This document shows positions 38,218 through 49,231 of a stretch of 64,000 nucleotides of DNA, in pieces (the stretch's first letter is position 1; every line of letters starts with the position of its first letter). The translations under genes were made by a program, and so were the position numbers. The stretch covers positions 11,844,001-11,908,000 of the forward strand of contig NC_087263.1 of assembly GCF_037042905.1 (NCBI RefSeq), given 5' to 3'. Under the pieces are notes generated by a model that made no database searches, was not told the DNA's origin, and saw only the letters and a list, made by a program, of their open reading frames with translations. The stretch is from Lytechinus pictus. Taxonomy: Eukaryota.

Positions 38218-38429
38218 TTGCAGCCTTAACAGAAGATGGCCGATCCATGTCACTGGAAAGTCAGAACGGTCTAGGTATGGGCGACACTGCTCTGACCTTG
38301 GCATCAATGACCCCCACCCTTGCCCCGACCTTGACACCCTTGACCCCTCTATCCTCCATACCTCCGATGACCCCTAATACACCCAAGGCACCGGATTTGG
38401 AGATGCAGCACTGGTGGCACCTGGAGGAG
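38218..38429 (+). CDS. DEAF1: DEAF1 exon
   Basis: (V)AALTEDG...QHWWHLEE, cf. WLYLEE; tttacag/gtaaga flanks; phase 1 to 0. Confidence 0.88.
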
Positions 38430-39370
38430 GTAAGAACTCTCCTGTGATTTTCTAACACCATAATATCAGCTTTCTTACAGGGATCTGCAAAAGGCCTTTC
38501 ATTACCAACGGAACATGTTCTAACTGCTGCTAGGTCAGTTACATTAGGATTATTATAAAGCAAAGAAAGGGTCACCAGTTTGCATTAAGTCATTTGTATC
38601 TTATGAACAGTTTTATGAAACACCCACCAGGTGGTAAAGTATTTGTTTTTCAATTATATAAAAGCTTAACTAATACTGAAATTGAAATTGAAAAGGTTTT
38701 ATTAAAATTATTGCACTTTGCAGCCAAAAGGCTGAATTGCGTACAATTTACAGGTATATATACATAGAGTGTACAGATTTAAAAACATCAAACTTGAAAT
38801 GATGACGAAAATATAATGCAACTTAATATATTATGTATACTAAAAGGAAAAGATGAAGTTTAAAAAAAATACAAACACTGAAAGGTGGTGGTGGTGGAAG
38901 GATGCTTATTGATAAACATCTTAATTCAAACAATAAAAAATTAGTTTTAACCAGGTGGGTGTCTGGGGACGAGCAAGCAGTCAAGTTCAATGCACAGCTC
39001 CAGCCAGGGATTGCCAATCCCACCACAACACCATTCAACCTGAGCAATGGAATTGGTTATTCCATCGCTCAGGCTGAACTTTGTAGGGTCAGCTAACTCC
39101 ACCGGAGCTATGCATTAATAGGGCCGACAAACAATCACTTTCAAAACAAAACACACTCACATTCATACCACGCTCCTCATTCATCCAACAACCATAAAGA
39201 CACTAATGGGGTGTTGCAAGAAACTTGCAATTGATCGAAAGTCAATTTCAGGTCCCAAATCAATTGAAATTCATGCATTTCATTGCAAATTTGCAACTGA
39301 TTGAGGGTCTGCTTCTCGCATCAACAAATATTAATTCATTTGCTTCATTTAAAAGTGATCTATTATTTCT

Positions 39371-40265
39371 AACAAGTGGAATGCCTCTGGCCGTCTCACC
39401 TGCATCACGCGATTCAATATAGCAGCAGTGCTGATTTTGAAAACTACTATAACTCGCACAAGATGTTCAGTGATACTTGGTTACTCTTATTTCCACGTTT
39501 TATGAACTAGACCAATACACTTATAGAGATATGATGGCAATTCAACAAAAACCACCAACGTGGCCAAAGTTCTTTGACCTTACATGACCTTTGACCTTGA
39601 TCATGTGACCTGAAACTCGCACAGGATGTTCAGTGATACTTGATTACTATTATGTCCAAGTTTTATGAACTAGACCAACACACTTTCAAATTTATGGCTG
39701 TAATTCAACAAATACCCCAATTTGGCCAAAGTTCATTGACCCTAAATGACCTTTGACCTTGATCATGTGACCTGAAACTTGCACAGGATGTTCAGTAATA
39801 CTTGATTACTATTATGTCCAAGTTTCATGAATCAGATCCATAAACTTTCAAAGTTATGATGGTAATTCAACAGATACCCCCAATTCGGCCAAAGTTCATT
39901 GACCCTAAATGACCTTTGACCTTGGTCATGTGATGTGAAACTCATGCAGGATGTTCAGTGATACTTGATTAACCTTATGTATAAGTTTCATGAACTAGGT
40001 CCATATATTTTCTAAGTTATGATGACATTTCAAAAACTTAACCTTAGGTTAAGATTTTGATGTTGATTCCCCCAACATGGTCTAAGTTCATTGACCCTAA
40101 ATGACCTTTGACCTTGGTCATGTGACATGAAACTCAGGCAGGATGTTCAGTAATACTTGATTAACCTTATGGCCAAGTTTCATGAACTAGGTCCATATAC
40201 TTTCTAAGTTATGCTGTCATTTCAAAAACTTAACCTCAGGTTAAGATTTGGTGTTGACGCCGCCG

Positions 40266-40302
<37 letters not shown>

Positions 40303-40358
40303 CGCCGTCGGAAAAGCGGCGCCTATAGTCTCACTCTGCTATGCAGGTGAGACAAAAA
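39371..40358 (+). mobile_element. Helentron-associated (HINE/DINE-like) non-autonomous element
   Basis: Subterminal IR gtctcacctgcat (39393-39405) / atgcaggtgagac (40341-40353), 3' hairpin, ~5 internal ~162-bp tandem repeats (gacctttgacct), (GCC)n microsatellite. Confidence 0.7.
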
Positions 40359-41740
40359 TGAATTCGAAATTTTGCAATCCATCGCAAATATTTTCTTGCA
40401 ACACCCCCTAAGTCAAACAACTGAACCCACCCACCCAGCAGTCACCCCTCGCACCTTGCACTCATTAAGCTTACGGATTTTTAACCAAAAAAAGTATGTG
40501 GGGGGGTGAGTGATCGCTCGTCCCAAGAATTCGTCCTGCTCAAACCTGAAAACATTTACTTAAAATATAAAGGATGACAGTTTGTAAAATAATATAAATG
40601 TCTTCCACCACATACAGAAATTTTGATAAAAATGAGTGAAATATTGGTATAAAAATCCAAACATTGTTTCCTTTTAGTTGTTATAATGTGAAATACATGC
40701 ATTAAAATCATTACAAAAACACCTGTAAACTTATTCAATTATGTTAGAGTTTAAAAAGTTCTAAAAATTGTAAAATTGTAAAAATTTTCATCACAAGCTT
40801 ATGAGCTAATAATAATAATAAACAAATTGGTATCAGGCGCGATGTATTAGCATAACACAAATTGCACAGCAGAGGTTTGTATGTATATCAACCGGGTAAC
40901 TAAATAACTAACTAGTCAAGGTCTGAACGCCGGTAGCCGTCCTTCGGCGGAACCCCACAGCCACCCGTCCCACACGGCGCATGCACCAAGCCCGCCCAAT
41001 CCTCCCACCCCTCGCTCTGTCACAAGAACGAAAAGTAGGAGGGCCAGGCTCCCGTAAACATACCACATGGGACCGGTGACCGCGGGTCTCCCCAACGCCC
41101 AGCAACCATCATTCAGATCCTGACTAAGGAACAATACAAGCTTATTTCAAGTTAACGTTTAGTCAAAAAAAAAGTTATTTCTTGAGAGAGTCTTTATTCA
41201 TTGAAAGCAAGATTTGAAGATAACAGCCCCGAATGACTTCCCAACATTGCATAAAGATAAGGGATATATTTCGAATACCTGTACTTTATTATTGGGATAT
41301 TGCTTATTAAATTCATAGAATTGGAACATCACAGTGAATGCTAAAATCCTAACATCTATAATGGCATCCTGTAGTGATCAAACATAGTATTCCTGATTTA
41401 ATCACGCAATTCCACATTTTGTCCAAAAGGTGACACACAGTTTGGCGATAACTTGTACACTCAATTGAACATTATGATCAATGCAATCAAACATAAAAAT
41501 CATCCTTTAATAGGATCAAATGATCCCCTTGCTTTACAGTGTATGTAATCCTGTTCACATAATATCAACAAGGGGAAAAAAATTACACAATGGGTCTGGA
41601 GGATCGTCTAAACCCCCATTCACTGCAATGTTGAAGTTTATCCAATGTTGCAGATTGTAGGCAGTAGGTTGTGAAAAGTAACACCCAAATATATGAAATC
41701 AATCTTTTTTGCCTGATATCAACCTTCATTTTCTATGTAG

Positions 41741-41872
41741 ATGGCAACACAGTTGATCCAGCAAGCGCAGCAGCTGAAGCAGATGATCGACCAAGCCAAG
41801 CACCAATCCCAGAGCAGTAAGGATGCTGCTCTTGCTCAAGCCAAGATACAGTATGAATCGGAGAAGAAACAG
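41741..41872 (+). CDS. DEAF1: DEAF1 exon (coiled coil / NES region)
   Basis: MATQLIQQAQQLKQMIDQAK...EKKQ; 132 nt, AG/GT flanks. Confidence 0.92.
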
Positions 41873-42059
41873 GTAAAACTCAGGGCCGACAATGACTCGT
41901 ACCCTGTCCCACTCATTTGGTTTTATCAGCATTTGTCTGTGTATATGTACAATGAATACTAATTTTCCGCTCCCTGGTGATGAAGGAAAAGGAACTCGAT
42001 TGCTTTGATTTTCATCAGATCGTGTTCATCCCAGTCAATAAATTTTATCAGCCTTGTCC

Positions 42060-43750
42060 TTGTACAATGAATACACATTTTCCACTCTTCGTGGATGAAT
42101 GACAAGTCACTCAATGTTATTTTTAAATATGAACAGACTCCAAGATGGAAGCCCAGCTGCAATTATCAAAAATGTTATGCTCATCTCCCACTCACTGTGG
42201 ATAAATAACAACTTACTCTTTTTATAATAAAGCATATGCTGGCAGACTCCAAGATGAAAGCCCACATGCAGTTATCAAGAGTGTATGCACATTCTCCACT
42301 CCTTGGGGGAAAAATTAAAAATCACTCAATGTTATTTTAATTTCAAACAGATACTGGCAGACTCTAAGATGGATGCCCACATGCAGTCATCAAGAATGTA
42401 TGCACATTCTCCACTCTCTGTGGATAAATAACAAGTCACTCAATGTTATTTTAATTTCAAACATATACTGGCAGACTCTAAGATGGAAGCCCAGCTGCAA
42501 TTATCAAAAATGTATGCTCATCTCCCACTCACTGTGGATAAATAACAACTTACTCTTTTTATAATAAAGCATATGCTGGCAGACTCCAAGGTGGAAGCCC
42601 ACATGCAGTTATCAAGAGTGTATGCACATTCTCCACTCCTTGGGGAAAAAATTAAAAATCACTCAATGTTATTTTAATTTCAAACAGATACTGGCAGACT
42701 CTAAGATGGATGCCCACATGCAGTCATCAAGAATGTATGCACATTCTCCACTCTCTGTGGATAAATAACAAGTCACTCAATGTTATTTTAATTTCAAACA
42801 GATACTGGCAGACTCTAAGATGGAAGCCCACATGCAGTTATCAAGAGTGTATGCACATTCTCCACTCCTTGAGGGGAAAATAACAAGTCACTCAATGTTA
42901 TTTGAATTTCAAACAGATACTGGCAGACTCTAAGATGGATGCCCACATGCAGTTATCAAGAGTGTATGCCCATTCTCCACTCTCTGTGGATAAATAACAA
43001 GTCACTCCATGTTATTTTAATTTCAAACATATACTGGCAGACTCTAAGATGGAAGCCCAGCTGCAATTATCAAAAATGTATGCTCATCTCCCACTCACTG
43101 TGGATAAATAACAACTTACTCTTTTTATAATAAAGCATATGCTGGCAGACTCCAAGGTGGAAGCCCACATGCAGTTATCAAGAGTGTATACACATTCTCC
43201 ACTCCTTGGGGGAAAAATTAAAAATCACTCAATGTTATTTTAATTTCAAACAGATACTGGCAGACTCTAAGATGGATGCCCACATGCAGTCATCAAGAAT
43301 GTATGCACATTCTCCACTCCTTGAGGGGAAAATAACAAGTCACTCAATGTTATTTGAATTTCAAACAGATACTGGCAGACTCTAAGATGGATGCCCACAT
43401 GCAGTCATCAAGAATGTATGCACATTCTCCACTCTCTGTGGATAAATAACAAGTCACTCAATGTTATTTTAATTTCAAACAGATACTGGCAGACTCTAAG
43501 ATGGAAGCCCAGCTGCAATTATCAAAAATGTATGCTCCTCTCCCACTCCTTGTGGATAAATAACAACTTTCTCTTTTTATAATGAGCATATGCTGGAAGA
43601 CTCTAAGATGGAAGCCCACATGCAGTTATCAAGAGTGTATGCACATTCTCCACTCCTTGGGGGGGAAATAACAAGTCACTCAATGTTATTTGAATTTCAA
43701 ACAGATACTGGCAGACTCTAGGATGGAAGCACAGCTGCAATTATCAAGAG
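42060..43750 (+). repeat. ~113-bp tandem array (~15 units) copied from a DEAF1 intron end + acceptor + exon start
   Basis: Unit ...cactcaatgttatt(t/g)aatttcaaacag|atactggcagactctaagatgga...; the final unit is the true acceptor at 43704/43705. Confidence 0.95.
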
Positions 43751-43863
43751 CTTTGATGGAAGCAAAGGCTGAGAAGGACAATGCGGTAGCGCAAGCCTTG
43801 GCCCATGCACAGGCAGAGAAGATTGATGCGGTGGCAGAGGCGAAATCATCTCAGCTCATAAAG
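43705..43863 (+). CDS. DEAF1: DEAF1 exon (helical linker)
   Basis: ILADSRMEAQLQLSRALMEAK...SQLIK; 159 nt, phase 0 to 0, donor gttagt. Confidence 0.88.
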
Positions 43864-44219
43864 GTTAGTACCCTTTTGTAACCCATTTGGCTATTGGGAA
43901 TAGCCCATAGTTTGGAGCCTGGGTTAAATTTAGCTTTGGTCTAAGTCTGTTTTAAGTTTATGGGAAGCTGAATATGATACAACACTCTTTAAATTTTACA
44001 TTTCTTATGTTTACTTTGTTGTTTCATGCTGCTTCAATGATGGAAACTATTTTGGTTATTTTTCCTGGACAGTCCATAATGGTTTGAGTTCCAAATGTGA
44101 TAAATTGAGTCTCTACTGTTTTAGGTACTGTATGTGTCACTTTTGAAGCAAATCTCTATACCAGAGTTTAAGTAGTTAAAACAAAACTGTAGACCAGAGT
44201 TTGAATTAGAACTGTTTAA

Positions 44220-44821
44220 AGGTCAAGTCCACCCCAGAAAAATGTTGATTTGAATCAATAGAGAAAATTCCAACAAGAATAACATTGAAAACTTCATCAA
44301 AAGCGGATGTAAAATAAGAAAGTTATGACATTTTAAATTTTCGCTTATTTTCACAAAACAGTTATATATCACAACTCAGCAACACCAAAATGAGAGAGTC
44401 GATGACGTCCCTCACTCACTATTTCTTTTGTTTTTCATTGTTTGAATTATACAATATTTCAATTTGTACAGATTTGACAATAAGGACCAGCCTTACTGAA
44501 CCATGAAATGTTAAACAATTGTAATTCCCATGTTCATGGAGGAAGAAAACTTAATTCACCGTCCAATGAGGAGAAAATTAAAATATTTCACATTTCATGC
44601 AATAGAATACAAAAGAAATAGTGAGTGAGTGACGTCATCAGTCCCCTCATTTGCATACAGACCAGGATGTGCATATAACTGTTCTTTGTGGAATTCAGCA
44701 AAACTTTAAAATGTTATAACTTTCCAATTTTACATCCGATTTTGATGAAATTTTCTGCGTTATGCTTCTTGGATTTTTCTGTATTTGTTCAAATAAATTT
44801 TTGTTGGAGTGGACTTGTCCT
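44220..44821. mobile_element. Palindromic TTAA-flanked (Kolobok-like) MITE
   Basis: ttaa|aggtcaagtccac...gtggacttgtcct|ttaa with long inverted arms. Confidence 0.85.
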
Positions 44822-45041
44822 TTAACAAAATGCAGGTCACTGATGGCAGAGGATATTTGTAACTTCCCCTGCCAATAAAATTGGCTATCAATTGTATATT
44901 CTTGACAAATATCTGCACGTATTCCACCTAAAATGTAGTAATATGTAAAACTATATACAAGTGAGAAAAAAAACTTGCTTCTCGACACTTTGTTAAATAT
45001 TATGTCATAAAGCTCAATATAATCTATTGTTGTTTCCACAG

Positions 45042-45224
45042 GCCTGCGCCAACTGTGGCAGGGAAGCGACAAGCGAGTGCACGGGTTGTCATCGGGTGAG
45101 CTACTGCAGCGGGTTCTGTCAGCGCAAGGACTGGACGTCCCATCAGCACAGCTGTGGCCACACCCAAGGGCTCCCCCAGGGGATACAGATACAAAGTGTG
45201 ACAGATCCAGAACCTGATGCCTAG
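45042..45224 (+). CDS. DEAF1: DEAF1 terminal exon (MYND zinc finger)
   Basis: [37 protein letters not shown] then stop; AATAAA signals downstream at about 46587-46790. Confidence 0.97.
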   Translation, partial: ACANCGREATSECTGCHRVSYCSGFCQRKDWTSHQHSCGHTQGLPQGIQIQSVTDPEPDA

Positions 45225-47649
45225 TCCTGGACCTGCCGTAGTAAATAGCCCTAGAACTAGTTACAAAAGCTGAATTCAATAGGGTACCGAAGTCAAAAAT
45301 ATCGTGCAACGCATTTTCTTGTAAACCACATCTTTGCAGAGTATGATGAAAAAGCATCCAAACTCAAATCTGTATTTTCATGGATCACTGATTTACTGGG
45401 GGCTCGTTCACTGATTCCTTGGGCCACAATGAATCTAGTTGTGTCACATTTGGTGTGTTGAGTTATTTCATTGTGCTATTAGTGATCGGTTCACATGCCG
45501 TTTTACAATTTCCAAGATTTCATTAATACCTTGTGTAACCGGTAAAAGTCAATTCCATGTGTATCTAGAGCTTTTCAGGAACGATCATTGAAATCTGCTT
45601 GATCTTTGGTGGACAATCGGCAATTTCAAGTTTGGAGATGACCCTTTTAGTCAGACCCAGGCCACGTTGCATAAAAGTTACTATTATGGTAACTTTACCA
45701 TCCAATGGATACCTGGATAATACTGATCAACAGCCAATCAAAATCAAGGATTCCATGCAAGATACCATTGGATGGCAAAGTTACCATAATGGTAACTTTT
45801 ATGCAACAGGGCCCAGAAGCGACCACCCATGAACTTTGTCCAAAAAATCTCAAGGATTAATTTCAGGAGGTCAAAGATTAATCTCTTTTTCAGTTCTGGG
45901 CCCCATTGCATAACAGTTACTACTGTTTTGCCATCCAATGGTAAATACCATGGCAACAATGCTCATCAGCCAATCAAAATCAAGGACTCAATGAAAGTTA
46001 CAATTGAATGGAAAAGTGACAATAGTATCTTTTATGGGTCTCTGGCCTTACCCTACAAAGCTGTACTTTCTAAAATCTCTATCCATGGATAATGTGTGTG
46101 CATCCAAACCCCACCAGTCCCTTCCTCCTCCTTTGTCTTTCTCACTCTCTCTTTCTCTCTCTACTTTTCTCTCCCTCTGCTTGTCTCTCTTTCCCTGCTC
46201 TCCCACTTTTTCCCTCCCAATCTCCCGGGTCCCTTAACACAAAAGTCACTGATTAATCGTATGCTTGTTTTTCACAATTGATTGTACATTGTAGTCAATG
46301 GAATCGATCATTAAAAAATATTCTCTGATCATTGCTAAGCTTTGTGTTACGGGCCCCCGCTGTTTTCTGTTGATCTCGGTTTCCATCTCCTTGTTTGTTT
46401 CCTGTTCTTTCATTCTCCAATCCTGAACCATAGTTATATTGTTTCGTTCAATTAGGACACAATGCAATTGGTAGTATTTGTGCAGAATTACTGTAATTAC
46501 AAGCCTCTATAAGTCACGTTTCATACTGAAATTTTGCAGTAAAGAAGTGAGAATGGCAAAGTTTACTTTTAGATTGATTTTGTGCAAATAAAACTTTTTT
46601 TTTAATGCGAAGCAGGGTGGGCATCCGCTTTATGATCTTGACAGTCTTTGTAAAATATATTATATTGGACAATATTTGTGAATTTCTTGATACTTTTCAT
46701 GGTTTGGTTATTTTTGTAAAAAGGCTAAATATATGTTTATTCTAACGAGTGCAAATAAATTAATACATGGTCATGATGTAAATAAACTTGATGCAAAAGT
46801 TGAGTTGACACTTGATTTAATCGTCTTTGTTTATTGTCGTCAGTCGTATTTTTTCCTCTTTTTTAGGGGGATGGGGACTGTGGGGTGGTCATCTTTTGGG
46901 TTGTTTAACTTACTTGGGGTGTTAATTGATTTCGAATGCCACAATTGAATGAAAATATGGAATGAAGATTGGCCACTCTTTATAATGTATCTGGCAATCA
47001 ATTCAGAATGAACTCACAAACAGAATTTATATATCAGATGAACTTCTCTTGTGTTTTCAGGGGAATATTATCAATCGTTATTTGTCTGTGCTCAGACTGT
47101 TTAATTGAAAGGAGTGAGGGTGTCTGTGTCTAGATTCGCCTATGTTGATTATGTTGATTGATGTAACAATAATTGGTTGTTTGACTTGATAATAGATTGG
47201 ATAATTGATAAATTGGATTATTCATTGGTTAGTTAATGGATTGCTTGATTGGTTTGTTGATTTAATGATTGATGGATGGATTGATTAATTAAGCAATTGA
47301 TTGCTTGGCTGAGTCATTGGTTGATTGGTATGTTAGCTGATTTGATTGAATAGTTGTTTATTGGTAGATTTGGTATATTGATTGACCGATGTTTGGTCAT
47401 AGTTGACTGATAATAGGTCGATTAATTGATTGATTGATTGATTGATTGATTGGTATGTTTGTTGATTTTATTGAATAATTCTTTAGTGGTAGATTATAAG
47501 GAGGATGGTTGATTGATTCATTGATTGGCTGGTGCATCACGTAGGCCTACTCAATTTATCGAACAAACCATGGATGGACTCATCATTCTCTATAGATTTA
47601 GAATAAACAATATCCAACATATCAGTCAGTCAATGCAGCTGATCAGGTA

Positions 47650-48330
47650 CCGTGTGAGTAAAAAAAAAGGCTTGATACCTGACAAATCCCCAATTTAAGG
47701 AAAATATATGTCATGAACGCATAATCATTAAATATGACTGAAAAGTGAATCTTCTTCCAAATAATTTGATACCATATTTATGTGGTATGTCTTTACACTT
47801 GGATAATCAGTAGGTATTCTTTGGAGTGGTGTACATTTTGATTTGCGCCAAAGTAGGCATGACAGCAATGAATGAAACCATATACCAATGTCATAATCCT
47901 ACACGAGTTAGTAAACATAGTTCCAAATTCCCTTTTTAATTAAATTAATTTTGGAATTGATACTAAAAGTGTTCATTAAAAATCATAATGTAAATCATTG
48001 AAAAAAATGTTTTCAAATGGATTTGAATGTGATCCTTGCAGGATTATGACATCATTGACATCTGGATTCATTCATAGCAGTCATGCCTTACTTTGGCGCA
48101 AATCAATTTTGTACATCACTGCAAAGAAAACCTCCTGATCATCCAAGCATTAACACACACCACATTATCATGCATTATTATGGTATCAAATTATTTGGGA
48201 GAACATATTATTTGAGGCCATATAAAATAATTATGTTTAATGACATGTTTCTTCCTTAAAGTAGGGGTTTGTGAGGTTCAATTTTTTTTTTTTTTTTTTT
48301 TTGGGGGGGGGCTTTTTTTTACTCATACGG
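47650..48330. mobile_element. Tc1/mariner-like MITE
   Basis: ta|ccgtgtgagtaaaaaaaa...ttttttttactcatacgg|ta; long imperfect palindrome. Confidence 0.75.
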
Positions 48331-48884
48331 TAGACTGATGCATTTATAATGATGGAAGCCTGATGTAATGATTGATTGATCGATTTCGAGGCTAATTCAT
48401 TCATTGAATTAATACATAGTTTACAAATCAATGCAAATGAAACTACGGGTGAAATATTTCATAATGCATGATATACATCGATGTACAACATCGCAGCTGT
48501 TAAATTCTCTATTGTGATAAGGCCAGAAACAATACATCTCACATGCCATGTATACCAGCGTTAATCGTGTTACAAAAAGCTCTCACAACAGCTTCATTTA
48601 CAACTAGAAAAACAGTCCAGAAATTGGGGGGAGGGGGGGCTTTTTTACTCATACGGTAGACTGATGCATTTATGATGAAAGCCTGATTTAATGATTGATT
48701 AATTTTGAGGCTGATTAATTTATTAAATTATTTGTATATATTTTTTAATTGATTCATAATACTTTTGCTGGAATCAATTAAATGATAATGACAGATTGAT
48801 TTCTAAATTGAGTGAGGTAGTGAGCGGCTGGTTGGTTGGTTAGTTTTCTGTTGTCTTAGATTGGCTTATTCATTTATTCACTTA

Positions 48885-49231
48885 TTAATAATAAAAGCCA
48901 ATTTTTATAGAGCGCTTTTCCCAGAATGGCTCAAAGCGCGTTACAGCATATTATTACCCCGGTCATTGGATTCATGTCAATCCCACACGAAAAGTGCACA
49001 ATTTCCACTCCCTGGGGAGCATTCCTTGCATTCATCGCAGCCTCATTATGGCGCTGGCAAAATCAAACATACAATATATTTCGCATCCTACCGGGTACTC
49101 ATTTCGCACCTGGGTCGAGAGTGGCAAAGTGTGGATTTACGCCTTGCCAAAGGACGCTAGACCGCGGTGGGATTCGAACACACGACCCTCTGTTTACAAG
49201 GCGAGAGTCTGAACCACTACACCAAGGCTCT
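48885..49231 (-). mobile_element. tRNA-derived SINE
   Basis: Reverse complement shows tggtgtagtggtt...gttcgaatccc head and gcgctctataaaaatt...attatta tail. Confidence 0.75.

Noticed and set aside
42373..43582. Three 63-aa ORFs (MPTCS...)
   Set aside because: Out-of-frame readings of the tandem array
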